A DNA stretch of 64,000 nucleotides from Myxococcota bacterium (lineage in GTDB: Bacteria; Myxococcota_A; Polyangia; Nannocystales; Nannocystaceae), in NCBI GenBank assembly GCA_039194325.1, contig JBCCWC010000010.1, forward strand, positions 1 to 64,000. Reading direction: 5' to 3'. Positions 1 to 10,800 of this stretch are shown here, one piece after another (position 1 is the stretch's first letter; each line of letters begins with the position of its first letter). A program made the translations under genes and the position numbers. The notes beneath the pieces were generated by a model. It was not told where the DNA came from. It did not search any database and saw only the letters and a list, made by a program, of their open reading frames with translations.

Positions 1-147
1 AGTGAGCTTCCGTCGGGTGTCGATGTCCCGGAGGTCTTGCTCGATGCCTCGTCAGCTTGCTGAACGCGCCAGAGCCACATCGACGCTGGCGGGTACACCA
101 TTTGGCCTGCGTCGTGGGGAGGCACTCCGTCGCGGGCTTACGTTGAT

Positions 148-1038
148 TTGGCGTACTTCCTTTTTATTGACGAGAGCGGCATTGACCGAAAACGGTCACC
201 TTATGAGGTTCTTGCGGGTATTGCGATTGAGGCGTCTCGGGCTTGGTCGTTGATCACTGCGATTCATGACGCTGAAGAACTCCATTTTGGACAGCGCATC
301 TCCGACAGCGCCTTGGAGCTCAAAGCAAAGAAATTGCTCAAGGCAAAGACCTTTCGCCTTGCGCAATGTCTTCCGCCGCTGCCCAAGCAAGGAACGCACC
401 GCTCTTGCACGAGAGTGCCTTCGCGAAGGCGCGTCTGCAAAAGCAGAGGCTAGGCAGGCCGTCGTAAGTCGACGTCATCTGGCCGCACTTGCGCAAGCAA
501 AGCTTGATTTCTGCGAGCGCGTGCTCGAACTCTGCACACAGCACCACGCTAAGGCATTCGCCAGCATCGTCGACCAAGAAGCGCCCACGACAATGGGTAA
601 GGGACTTCGCAAGGACTATGCTTACTTATTCGAGAGGTTCTTCTATTTTCTTGATGAGCGTGGCAGGTCACACCAAGGCATTGTGGTGTTTGACGAGAAG
701 GATCGGCAGCAATGTGTAGTGCTGCTGGAACAGATGGCCTCGTACTTCAAGAACACTGCGAAAGGCCGCCATCGAGCATCTCGCGTGATCCCAGAGCCAT
801 TCTTTGTCCGAAGCGAGTTGAGCACGCTCGTGCAAGTTGCGGACATCATCGCTTACGTGACCTCCTGGGGTGTTCGGATCAAGCCGAAGATGACTCGGCC
901 AGCGCGCGGTGAACTCAAGCGGCTCGCAGACTATATTTGCGAAATCGGGCTGAGCGAGAGCGCGATGGGCAACGCTTTTACGTCTGGAGCTTTGCCGTTA
1001 TTGATGACCTTCGGACTCGCGAGGAGCAGCTAGGCTAA
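148..1038 (+). pseudogene. DUF3800-family (RNase H-like) protein, interrupted by two frameshifts
   Basis: N-terminal YFLFIDESG is in the 148 frame. The core (KDYAYLFERF, IVVFDE, EPFFVRS, QVADIIAY) is in the 266 frame after a shift near 379-391. A natural-looking C-terminus (RAERERDGQRFYVWSFAVIDDLRTREEQLG*) is back in the 148 frame from about 946 to TAA 1036-1038. Confidence 0.7.
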
Positions 1039-1043
1039 ACCAC

Positions 1044-1083
1044 AAAAAAAAGGCAATGCCGATTTGCATCGTACAAAGCCTCC
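1044..1083 (-). terminator. Hairpin plus U-tract (intrinsic terminator-like, or structured RNA) just downstream of the DUF3800 gene
   Basis: Minus strand reads GGAGGCTTTGTACGAT-GCAA-ATCGGCATTGCC-TTTTTTTT: a CGAT/ATCG stem closing a GNRA tetraloop, outer GGC/GCC pairing, and an 8-T tract. Confidence 0.45.
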
Positions 1084-1406
1084 AGAGAGAGAGTGGCTCG
1101 CCCAGCTGAGCACGTCAAGGGACACGGCCACAGGCGCCACGAAATGGAAATAGGCAGCCAATTTTACGCGTCTTGGCACTATTGTCATGCATCGCTGCGC
1201 ATTGTGCGCAGGAGGGGGGAGCAACCGACTGTAACTTGTGCGCTACAGCCGCATTTCGGTAGGAATCGGTTAGTCAGTAACAACGCGATGGGCAATCTGG
1301 GTCCGCTGGAGCGCCTGAGTCCGGTTCGGCGTGATGTATGCGCAGTACCCAGCCGCTCGGGGTTACGGATTCACCGAAATATCGGTGTTTCATCGAAATA
1401 CCGGTT

Positions 1407-1448
1407 CCAGAAGCTATATATCGTTGGATTATCGACCGTTGGTCTCAT
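1407..1448 (+). promoter_or_regulatory. Possible LysR/OxyR-type operator upstream of the peroxiredoxin
   Basis: ATA-N9-TAT (T-N11-A) box at 1418-1432 in an AT-richer patch. Prx5-Grx hybrid genes are commonly OxyR-regulated. The match is loose. Confidence 0.25.
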
Positions 1449-1527
1449 AAAGTGCTGAAATCATTCGCACACCGTGCTGGCGCGCCGCTTGGAATGTCTT
1501 TGGGCACCAACCCTGGAGACATCCCCC

Positions 1528-2247
1528 ATGTTCGAGAATCGACAAGGACAGCGTATCCCCGAGGTCACCTTTCGCGCCCGCAAGGATGGTCAGTGGCACG
1601 ACATCTCCACGGCCGACGTCTTCGCCGGCAAGACCGTGGTGGTGTTCTCGTTGCCGGGTGCATTCACGCCGACCTGCTCATCGTCTCATGTGCCTCGCTA
1701 CGACGAGCTGGCCCCGCTGCTGAAGTCGCGGGGAGTCGACGAGATCGTGTGTATCTCTGTCAATGATGGCTTCGTGATGGACGCTTGGCAGCGCGATCAA
1801 CGAGCCACCAACATCCGCTTCTTGCCCGACGGCAACGGCGATTTCACCCGACAGATGGGGATGTTGGTCGACAAGCGCGAGCTGGGCTTTGGGCCCCGCT
1901 CGTGGCGTTATTCCATGCTGGTCAAGGATGGCGTGATCGACAAGATGTTCATCGAGCCCCAAAAGCCTGGCGATCCCTTCGAGGTCTCCGACGCGGACAC
2001 GATGCTCGATTATGTCGATCCCCAGGCCGAGCGACCGGCCGACATCGTATTGTTCACCAAGGAGGGGTGCTCGCATTGCGCCCGGGCCAAGGCTGCGCTG
2101 GAGGAGCGAGCAATGAGCTACTCCGAGGTGCCCGCCGAGCCGCGGCTTCTGCGAGCGGTCTCGGGAGCGGCCACCACCCCGCAGGTGTTCATCGACGGCA
2201 AGCACATCGGCGGGGCTGACGAGCTGGTGGCGCGGCTATCGAGCTGA
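1528..2247 (+). CDS. pgdx: Glutathione-dependent peroxiredoxin (Prx5-glutaredoxin hybrid)
   Basis: LPGAFTPTCS peroxidatic motif, SVNDGFVM, RSWRYSM, and a C-terminal Grx domain with CSHC and TTPQVFIDG. GGAGA RBS precedes ATG 1528. Confidence 0.92.
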   Translation: MFENRQGQRIPEVTFRARKDGQWHDISTADVFAGKTVVVFSLPGAFTPTCSSSHVPRYDELAPLLKSRGVDEIVCISVNDGFVMDAWQRDQRATNIRFLPDGNGDFTRQMGMLVDKRELGFGPRSWRYSMLVKDGVIDKMFIEPQKPGDPFEVSDADTMLDYVDPQAERPADIVLFTKEGCSHCARAKAALEERAMSYSEVPAEPRLLRAVSGAATTPQVFIDGKHIGGADELVARLSS

Positions 2248-2248
2248 C

Positions 2249-2301
2249 GGGACTGGGTCTGGGACTGGGTCTGGTCCTGGCCCGGGTCCTGGCCCGGGCC
2301 C
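2249..2301. repeat. Degenerate short tandem repeat (GGGACT/GGGTCT/GGCCC units) after the pgdx stop
   Basis: gggactgggtctgggactgggtctggtcctggcccgggtcctggcccgggccc is seen directly. Confidence 0.5.
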
Positions 2302-2467
2302 GACGATCCGGTCGGTCGCTCGGCGGCGCCAGGGGCAACCCTCGGCGCAGGAAGCGAGCTTCATTTTTTTCTTCGGTGGGGGGAATTCATCCGATGGGCC
2401 CGCTCACTACCGGAACGTCGCGAGCAGGGTGCGCCTGGCTCGCGAGGCCCCACCGGAGAACGAATCA

Positions 2468-4396
2468 GTGCTTAATGTTCAAAACCTTAGCGTAGATCGG
2501 TTGCTCGTCGTCCTGCTTGCCCTCGGCTCGGGTTGCGAGGCTGCGACCTACGACGATTTCGCCCCGGCCTCCGAGTCCGATTGGGGGATCGATGAGAGCT
2601 TCGGAGACGACCTCACCGTGGCTGCCAGCCCATCGAACGCGGTCCCCAACTATCCCGTGTTCGAAATGGCGCCTCCGATCCGACCCGAGGATCTCAAGCC
2701 GGGCTACGTCGCCCGGCTAAGCGACGACACGGGGCATCGCTGGCACGACCTGACCATCATGCGATGGGACGGCGCATGGGAGAGGTACGAGCCCGGCGCC
2801 ACGACCGAGCAGAACGAGGTCGACTGGGGGGTCCCCGTCTACTCGGGGGTCGATGGCGAAGTGATCGATTGCTGGCGTAACTCCCCGTACGTGGAGGATC
2901 ACGCCGACGTCGCCGACATCCAGCCTCACGGCGGGAACTATGTCACGATCCGCACGGCCGACGACGAGTTCGTCTACTACGCCCACTTGGACACGGACTC
3001 GATCCCGAGCAGCGTGTGTCCCAATGCTAGCGCCGATGGCTGGATGGATAGATCCGATCGGATCGACTGCCTGCTCGCCTCCAAGTGCATGACGACCGAC
3101 ACCTACCTCGAGCCCGGCGAGCGACCCCAGGTCAAGGCCGGGCAGTACCTGGGTCGGATCGGGGCGCATGGCAACGCTAGGGGCGCGCACTTGCACATCC
3201 ACGTGGGCTACATCATCGAGGACGCCAGCGGCCTGCTCAACACCTTCGACGACGATCCCCACCACCTGGTCTTCGATCGCTCTTGGTTCAAGCCGCAGTC
3301 GGGTTCGACCGACGTCACCGCCTGGACCCCGGCCCATGACGACGCTGGCCAGTCCGATCTGCTCCAGGAGGCGGACGAGGGCTATACCCTACTGTGGCCT
3401 GCGGCCAAGGCTCAGGCCACGTTCTCGGCCTCGTATCGCATGGGCGACTACGACGGGGACGGCGAGGACGACCTCTTGTGTCAATCGACCAGCACCGGGA
3501 CGGTGTGGGTTGATCTGGCGTGGTCGGGGCAGCTCAACGGGACCAACTGGAGCCGCACCGGGGGTTGGTGCAACGGCGCCATGCAGCGCGTTCACACCGG
3601 CGATTTCAACGGAGATGGTCGTGATGATCTGCTGTGCCACGACGTCGACAGCGGCAACCTCTGGGTCGATCTCGCCAACGCCTCGGGGCAGTTTCACGGT
3701 ACCAATTTCACCACCGGGAGCGATTGGTGCAGCGCGGACACTCAGCAGCTGCTGGTGGGTGACTTCGACGCCGACGGGGACGACGACCTGCTGTGTCACG
3801 ACTTCATCGACGGCCGAATGTGGATCGACCACGCCGAGCCGGGCACGATCTTCGCTGGCACGGATTCCTACATCCCGGGAGGCTGGTGTCATGGCAAGTA
3901 CCAGCGCCTGCACACCGGTCGCCTCGATGGTGACATTGACGACGATCTGCTGTGTCACGATACTCGCAGCGGAACCTTGTATTTCGACTACGCTCAAGGG
4001 GGGACCTTCGGGGGGACCGACAACGTCAAGGGAGCGTGGTGCATGGGCGGCGGCCAGCGCCTGATGATCGGCAACGTGCAGGGGGCCGGCAACGCGGAGC
4101 TGGTGTGCTTCGACAGCGACGACGGCAAGGCCTACGTGGACATGCTCCCCTACGACGGCACCGACTGGGTCAGCGACGGCAACGATTGGTGCGACGAGCC
4201 GCATCAGCGGGTTCGGCTAGGGGACGTCGACGGCGACGGGCACGACGACCTGCTGTGCTATGACGAGGTCAGCGGCCAGCGATGGGTCGACTACGCGCAG
4301 GATCCCTTCGTGCACGGCGTCGTCTTCGACGGCACCGACTGGTCCTCGGCGGGCCTCGACGGATGGTGCAACGGCAGCACCCAGGGGCTGCACTGA
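2468..4396 (+). CDS. Secreted lipoprotein: M23 metallopeptidase plus FG-GAP/VCBS-type repeats
   Basis: Lipobox-like LALGSGC. M23 motifs HRWHD, GNYV, YAHL, GQYLGRIG and HLH. About six C-terminal repeats of the form GDxDGDGxDDLLCxD...W.D...GT.W....WC. GTG start follows a GGAG RBS. Confidence 0.8.
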   Translation: MLNVQNLSVDRLLVVLLALGSGCEAATYDDFAPASESDWGIDESFGDDLTVAASPSNAVPNYPVFEMAPPIRPEDLKPGYVARLSDDTGHRWHDLTIMRWDGAWERYEPGATTEQNEVDWGVPVYSGVDGEVIDCWRNSPYVEDHADVADIQPHGGNYVTIRTADDEFVYYAHLDTDSIPSSVCPNASADGWMDRSDRIDCLLASKCMTTDTYLEPGERPQVKAGQYLGRIGAHGNARGAHLHIHVGYIIEDASGLLNTFDDDPHHLVFDRSWFKPQSGSTDVTAWTPAHDDAGQSDLLQEADEGYTLLWPAAKAQATFSASYRMGDYDGDGEDDLLCQSTSTGTVWVDLAWSGQLNGTNWSRTGGWCNGAMQRVHTGDFNGDGRDDLLCHDVDSGNLWVDLANASGQFHGTNFTTGSDWCSADTQQLLVGDFDADGDDDLLCHDFIDGRMWIDHAEPGTIFAGTDSYIPGGWCHGKYQRLHTGRLDGDIDDDLLCHDTRSGTLYFDYAQGGTFGGTDNVKGAWCMGGGQRLMIGNVQGAGNAELVCFDSDDGKAYVDMLPYDGTDWVSDGNDWCDEPHQRVRLGDVDGDGHDDLLCYDEVSGQRWVDYAQDPFVHGVVFDGTDWSSAGLDGWCNGSTQGLH

Positions 4397-4462
4397 GGGG
4401 CTGGCTCGACCGGGGCCGCGCCGTGGTGTGGCCCCGGTCGCGATGGCGATGACACGCTAAGG

Positions 4463-6946
4463 TTGACTGTGGTGGAGCCCCTCTTACCCGAGCGCAGCGA
4501 GACCTCCAGCGAGCGGCTGGAGCACCATCGGGCGCAGCTCATGGCTCGGATCGCGGCGGGAGAGATCGGCGCCAACACCCAGCGGGTGCCTCCCAGCGTG
4601 CCCGGCTACCGGCTACGAGAGATCCGCGGTTCGGGAGCGGCGGCCGAGGTCTGGGAGGCCGAGACCTCCGAGGGTGCACGGGTCGCGCTCAAGCTCTTCC
4701 ATGCGCGCACCGACCGGGCCACCGAGGTCGAGCGCGCGCTGCGACGAGAGCTGCACGCTGGTCGACGGATCGAGCATCCGGGGATCGTTCGAGTGCTCGA
4801 CACCGGCGAGACCGACGACGGTCGCGCCTTCTTGGTGATGGCGCTGCTGGCGGGGGTCGACTTGTGCGAGCTGCTCGCGCGTGACGGGGCGCTGCCATGG
4901 TCGCGAGCCCAGCCGCTGCTCCGGCAGCTGTGTGATGCCCTGGCCTACGCGCACGAGCGGGGCGTCGTCCATCGCGATCTCAAGCCCACCAACATCATGA
5001 TCACCCCCACCGATGAAGGGGCAGAGCGCAGCGTAGTGGTCGATCTCGGCCTGTCGCGCCTGATGGGGGACAGCGTGGTGAGCACGATCGACGGCAACCT
5101 GGTGGGCACTCCGGCGTACATGAGCCCGGAGCAGATCCGTGGGAGCGCGGTCGATCATCGGGCCGATATCTACGCACTCGGCTGCATCGCCTACGAGATG
5201 CTGGTGGGGACACGTCCCTACGGGGGCGTTACCCCCGGAGAGTGCGCGGTTCAACACCTCGTGGCCTCGCCACCTCGTGTCCGAGTACCGGGGCTGGGGC
5301 ATCGGCGTCGGTCGGTCGAGTCGGTGATCCACCAGGCCATGGCCAAGGAGCCCTCCCGGCGCTTCGCTGACATGCGAGCCTTTGCGACGGCCCTCGACCG
5401 GGTCGACGAGCAGCGCCGCCCTCGTCGTCGGTGGTGGTGGATCGTCCCGGCGGGTGGAGTCGTGCTGGGGTTGGGGGCGATCCTTGCTCGGGCCGATCGC
5501 GACCGGCCCGAGCCGACTCCTGAGGCGGCGCGCGGATCCGTGCCGCCGCGATCTCCTCTGCCCCCGCGCGTCGTCGATCTCACCCTGGGCCTGAGCCACA
5601 CCTGCGCCTTGTCGGAACAGGGTCAGGTGACGTGCTGGGGGATCGATGCCATGGGCCGGCTGGGGCGGGGTACCGAGGGGAGCAACATTGGCGACAACGA
5701 GGTGCCGGCCGATCTGCCCCCCTTGGGGCTCGAGCGGGTGGCCCGGGTCGTCACCGCCCCCAACGCGCGGCACGTTTGTGCGCTGCATCGTGACGGGCGG
5801 CTTCGGTGCTGGGGAAGGGGGATCCACGGCGCTCTGGGGCAGGGCTCGACCGCGACCTTCGGGGATCGAGTGAGCCACCGACCTGAGCAGCAGCCCCCGG
5901 TCGCGCTGCCCGGCAAGGTCGTCGACGTGGTCCTGAGCACGGCGCGTACGTGTGCGATCGTGCAGGTTGCCGAGCGTCGTTCTCTCTATTGCTGGGGGCG
6001 CGGAGCCAACGGGGCGCTGGGGCAGGGGTCGACCCAAGACATGGGCGACGACGAGGGGCTCGACTCGGTCGGCCCCGTTCCGCTGGGGGCCGACGTGCTC
6101 GAGGTCGCGATGGGCAACGAGCACACGTGCGCTCGACTGGAGGTCCAGCAGAAGGCCCGCCAGGAGGCCCGCCAGGAGACAGGAGCGATCCGTTGCTGGG
6201 GATCGGGGGCCAAGGGGCAGCTGGGGGTGGTGGGCTGGTCCGCGAACATCGGGGATGGGGTGGGTGACGGAGCCGGCCGGGGCAAGCGGCCCGACGATCC
6301 CACCCTCGGGGTTCAGGGGCTCGACGAGGTCGAGGTGGTGGCGATGGATGCGGCGGGCGATCGTACCTGCGTGCTCACGGCCCGCGGTGGGGTGCGCTGC
6401 TGGGGCTCCAATCAGGGAGGGGCGCTGGGCTACCGCTGGGACGAGCTGCCGGGGTGCCGGGCCGACGATCCGCCCACCGCCTGCAACCTGGAGGCGCCGC
6501 TGCCCTTCGACATCGATCTGGGAGATCTGGGGGGGGCGAAGGTCGTGGGGCTGAGCACCGGTCAGCGCCACACCTGTGTGGTCGACGAGCGCGGACGAGC
6601 CCGGTGCTGGGGCGAGGGGTTCACCGGGCGCCTCGGAGATGGCCACTCGCAGGACGTGGGACACTGGCGCAGCCCGGGGGAGGTGTGGCGGTCGCGTGGC
6701 ACCGGCGGGGTGATCGACGTGGGCGATGTGGATGGCGACGGCTCGATCGACCCATTGGAGCGGATCGTGGCGGGTATGGAGCATACCTGCGTGCTCACCA
6801 TGGCCGGTACCGTTCGTTGTTGGGGTGCCGGTGGTGAAGGACGGCTTGGCTATGCATCCACCGATTTCATTGGGCTCGGGCTGACGCCGGGCGACGACTA
6901 CGCTCGCCAGGGGGTGCACGACATTGAGGTCTTCGCTCCGCGGTGA
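4463..6946 (+). CDS. Membrane Ser/Thr protein kinase with C-terminal RCC1-like repeats
   Basis: VALK, HRDLKPTN, DLG and GTPAYMSPE; a TM segment (WWWIVPAGGVVLGLGAILA); repeated HTC/RTC...CWG.G..G.LG units. Confidence 0.88.
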   Translation: MTVVEPLLPERSETSSERLEHHRAQLMARIAAGEIGANTQRVPPSVPGYRLREIRGSGAAAEVWEAETSEGARVALKLFHARTDRATEVERALRRELHAGRRIEHPGIVRVLDTGETDDGRAFLVMALLAGVDLCELLARDGALPWSRAQPLLRQLCDALAYAHERGVVHRDLKPTNIMITPTDEGAERSVVVDLGLSRLMGDSVVSTIDGNLVGTPAYMSPEQIRGSAVDHRADIYALGCIAYEMLVGTRPYGGVTPGECAVQHLVASPPRVRVPGLGHRRRSVESVIHQAMAKEPSRRFADMRAFATALDRVDEQRRPRRRWWWIVPAGGVVLGLGAILARADRDRPEPTPEAARGSVPPRSPLPPRVVDLTLGLSHTCALSEQGQVTCWGIDAMGRLGRGTEGSNIGDNEVPADLPPLGLERVARVVTAPNARHVCALHRDGRLRCWGRGIHGALGQGSTATFGDRVSHRPEQQPPVALPGKVVDVVLSTARTCAIVQVAERRSLYCWGRGANGALGQGSTQDMGDDEGLDSVGPVPLGADVLEVAMGNEHTCARLEVQQKARQEARQETGAIRCWGSGAKGQLGVVGWSANIGDGVGDGAGRGKRPDDPTLGVQGLDEVEVVAMDAAGDRTCVLTARGGVRCWGSNQGGALGYRWDELPGCRADDPPTACNLEAPLPFDIDLGDLGGAKVVGLSTGQRHTCVVDERGRARCWGEGFTGRLGDGHSQDVGHWRSPGEVWRSRGTGGVIDVGDVDGDGSIDPLERIVAGMEHTCVLTMAGTVRCWGAGGEGRLGYASTDFIGLGLTPGDDYARQGVHDIEVFAPR

Positions 6947-6966
6947 CCTCGACGGACCTAGGAGGT

Positions 6967-7629
6967 TCAGCGGGGGTGCTGGGGCAGGGCGCGGAGCGCC
7001 TTCATGTATGTATCGAGCCCGGTGAGCGTTTCTTCGGCGAGTTCGGGGTTGTCGGCGAGCTCGCGGATCGTCCGCTCCAGACGCTCTCGCGTGCGTCGGA
7101 TCCGACTGGCGATCGTGCCCACCGGGGTGTCGAAGACCTCGGCGAGCTCGCGGAGCGTCAGCTCCTCGTAGCCCTTGAGCTCGAGCAGGATCTGATCGTC
7201 GAGAGGCAGCGAGCGCAACGCAACGACCAGCAGGGATTCCTGGCGGCGCCCCTCGAGCCACGAGCCCAGCGTGGCGCTGAGGGCGGGCGGCTCGTCACCG
7301 TCGTCGGTCGGGCCCTCCAGCGTCACGAAGCGTCGACGCTGGGCGCTCTGGCGGCGGAAGTACTCGACCAGCTTCCAGCGGGCGATCGCAAAGATGAAGG
7401 TACGGACGCTGGAGTGGCGGCGAAAGCGATCGAGCGCCTCGACGAGCCCGGTGAAGGTGTCCTGGGTCAGCTCGGCGGCCTCGTCGTCTCCCACCTTGTT
7501 GGCGAAGAACGTGAATACGGTGTCGTAGTGTCGCTGTACGAGCGAGACTCCCGCGGGTGCCTCTCCGCGTGCCCATGCCTCGAGGAGCGCGGTGTCGGAC
7601 GGATTAGGAGGATCGGCGGGACCAGGCAT
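6967..7629 (-). CDS. ECF sigma factor
   Basis: DTALLEAWARG, AELTQDTF, SSVRTFIFAIAR, region 4 LAEVFDTPVGTIASRIRR, and a short C-terminal extension. Start placed at ATG 7629. Confidence 0.88.
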   Translation of the reverse strand: MPGPADPPNPSDTALLEAWARGEAPAGVSLVQRHYDTVFTFFANKVGDDEAAELTQDTFTGLVEALDRFRRHSSVRTFIFAIARWKLVEYFRRQSAQRRRFVTLEGPTDDGDEPPALSATLGSWLEGRRQESLLVVALRSLPLDDQILLELKGYEELTLRELAEVFDTPVGTIASRIRRTRERLERTIRELADNPELAEETLTGLDTYMKALRALPQHPR

Positions 7630-7839
7630 GACCAGGGAGGCGCTCGAAGACGCGACGGCCGAGCAACTCGACCCGTAAAGTGGGTATAGCCCTGGATCCG
7701 CCCCATCGGCAACGGGCGAGCAACGGGCGGGCAACGGAAGGGCGGCGCAGGCCGGTGAACAAAGCGAGCTCGGTGTGCTCATCCAAGGGCGTGATCCCGC
7801 TACGAGGCGCTCAGAACTGGTAGCGTGGTCTCGCTCGCC

Positions 7840-10800
7840 ATGGTTCGCACGCTCGAAAAGCTCGCGCTCTTGTCCTTCGTGGTGTTTGCCGTGTTGTCGT
7901 GTCGCAACCGGAAGGATCCCCTGACTCCCGTCGATCCCGATGGTACGGCGCCGCCGGTGGTCGCGGCCGACGAGCCCGGCTTGGTGCTCCGCCTGTCGCA
8001 CGCTGACCCGGCGGCGGCCGAGCGTGTGCCCGTGCGCTTGGCCGAGGCCGCTGCCCTCAGTGCCGTCGAGACCTCGCGGGTGCTCGCTCGGCTGCCCAAG
8101 CTCGACGCCGAGCCCGACGACCAGCGGGAATTCGCGCTACGCGAGGGCTCCAAGCCGCCGCCTCGCACGGGCGTGACCGTGCTGGGGGAATTTCCTCCGC
8201 CGCCCCGTAGCGCGGGCCCCAAGCCCCGCCCCAAGGATCCGCTGGCCGTGGTCCGCTTTGCCCCCGAGGGCGAGGTGTCCCTGGCTCCTCACCTGAGCGT
8301 GACCTTCAACCACCCGATGGTCGCGGTGACCTCGCTCGATGCCCTGGCGGGCAAGGACGTGCCGGTGAAGCTGACGCCCACGCCGGCCGAGGGCAAGTGG
8401 CGCTGGGTGGGTACACGAACGCTGATGTTCGAGCCCTCGGCCCGCTTGCCCATGGCGACCCGCTACGAGGTGACCGTGCCGCAGGGGACCACCTCGGCGG
8501 TGGGGACCAAGCTCGCAAAGGCGCAGGCCTGGAGCTTCACCACGCCCACGCCCACACAGGTCACCGCGTACCCCAAAGATCAGCCCACGCGCCGGCAGCC
8601 GCTGATCTTCGTGGCCTTTGATCAGCAGATCGAGCCCGAGGCGGTGATCCCCACGATTACCCTGCGCTCGGGCAAGAACAAGCGGGTATCGGCTCGTCTG
8701 GCTCGCCCGCAAGAGATCGAGGCCGATCCCACCGTGCGGCAGCTGGCCGCCCAGGCCGAGGACGGGCGCTGGGTCGCTTTCGTGCCCGCCTCGCCGCTGC
8801 TCGCCGATCGCCCGGTGATGGTGAAGATCGGGCCGGGTACACCCTCGGCCGAAGGCCCGCGTAAGACCACCGAGGCCCAGACCTTCGGCTTTCGCACCTA
8901 CGGGCGCATGAAGGTGACCGAGCATCGCTGCGGCTACCAGCGCGATTGCCCGCCGGGTGCGCCCTTCGAGATCGAGTTTAGCAACCCCATCGATCTGGAG
9001 GCCTTCGATCGCTCGCTGGTCACGATCGAGCCGGCGTTGCCTGAGTTCAGGACCGAAGCCTACGGGCAGCACCTCTACATCTATGGTCCGACCAAGGGAC
9101 GTACCAAGTACACCGTGCAGCTGTCGCCCGATGTGCGGGATGCGTTCGGCCAGCGCCTGGGCGAGACCCGGCCGCTGACCTTCAAGGTGACCGAGGCCCC
9201 GCGCAACCTCTTCATGGCCGGCGCGGGGCTGACCGTGCTCGACCCCGCCGCGGGGGGCAAGCTCTCGGTGTTCTCGGTCAACCACAAGAAGCTCCGGGTG
9301 CGAGCCTGGCAGGTGCAGCCCCGAGACTGGCGTGCGTACCTGATGGCCATGGAGCGCGTGGGGAGGGACTCGCGCGACCTGTCGTTCCCGGGCAAGAACG
9401 TGATCGATCGGGTGATCACGGTGCGGCGTAACAATGACGAGATCGTGGAGTCGCTCGTTGATTTGACCCCCGGCTTGCGCAAGGGTCGGGGGCACCTGGT
9501 GGTGGCGGTCGAGCAGACCGAGCGCGCCCCCCTCCGCAATGGGGATCCTTGGCTCATGCAACGGGCGGTGGCCTGGGTGCAGGTCACCGGGCTGGGCCTA
9601 TCGGGACACATCGACGCCGAGCGCATGGTGGTGTGGGCCACCTCGCTGGCCGACGGTGCGCCGCGGGCAGGCGTAGAGGTCGAGCTTCGGCATGTCGGCG
9701 TCAAGGCGCGTACCGACGCCCAGGGGTTGGTCTCGTTGCCGCTGACTCGGGACAACGCCCAGATGATCGTGGCTCGCCAGGGCGACGACGTGGCCTTCTT
9801 GCCGCAATCGCCGTCGTGGTGGGCCTCCTCGGGCTCATGGCACACCACCTCGACCCAGCCCGCCCTGCGCTGGCACGTCTTCGACGATCGAGGCCTATAC
9901 CGGCCCGGCGAGGAGCTCAAGCTCAAGGGATGGTTGCGGATCGTCGATCCGGCCAAGGGGGGCGATGTGGCCGGCTTGCATCGCCTCGGCAACGAGCGGC
10001 GCCAGGTGAAGTATCGGCTGCGTGATTCCCAGGGCAACGAGGTGGCCAAGGGCAAGCTCGAGCTCAATGCCTTCGGGGCCTTCGATGCCTCGCTCGCGCT
10101 ACCCGACACCATGAACCTTGGGTATAGCTCAGTCGAGCTGGAGCTGGTCGGTAGCACGCTGGATAATCGGGGTCACTGGCACCAGTTTCGGGTGGAGGAG
10201 TTTCGGCGGCCCGAGTACGAGGTGAGCGCCCGGCTCTCTGAGGGTCCGCACCAGGTCGGAGAGCACGCGGTTGCCACGGTCGACGCCGACTACTTTGCGG
10301 GCGGGGGCCTGGCCAACGCGGAGGTTATGTGGCGGGTCACCGCCTCGCCCGGGTTCTACCAGCCTCCGGGGCACGATGGGTTTACGTTTGGGCGGCAGCT
10401 CCCATGGTGGATGTTCTGGCGTCACTGGGGCCCGCCCGATCCCGCCGACGAGCCCAAGTCTCAGATCTTCGAGGCTCGTACCGATGCGGCCGGCGAGCAT
10501 CACCTGCGTATGGATTTCGTCTCGGTCGATCCGGCCCAGCCGATGTCGGTCACCGCCCAGGCCACGGTCACCGACGTCAACCGGCAGGCGTGGGCGGCGA
10601 GCACTAGCACCGTGGTGCACCCCTCCTCGCTCTACGTGGGGCTGCGTAGCGATCGCGCCTTTGTTCAGGCGGGCGAGGACATCGACCTCGATGTCCTCGT
10701 GGTCGATATCGACGGCGAGATCGAAAAGGGTGTCTCGGTGTCTGTTCGAGCGGCCCGCGTCGAGTACGTGCAAGAGCACGGCGAGATGGTCGAGAAGGAG

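Noticed and set aside
4613..7261. 882-aa minus-strand ORF and many other long overlapping ORFs
   Set aside because: These are shadow frames of high-GC genes: Arg/Pro/Gly-rich or antisense-pattern translations with no motifs.
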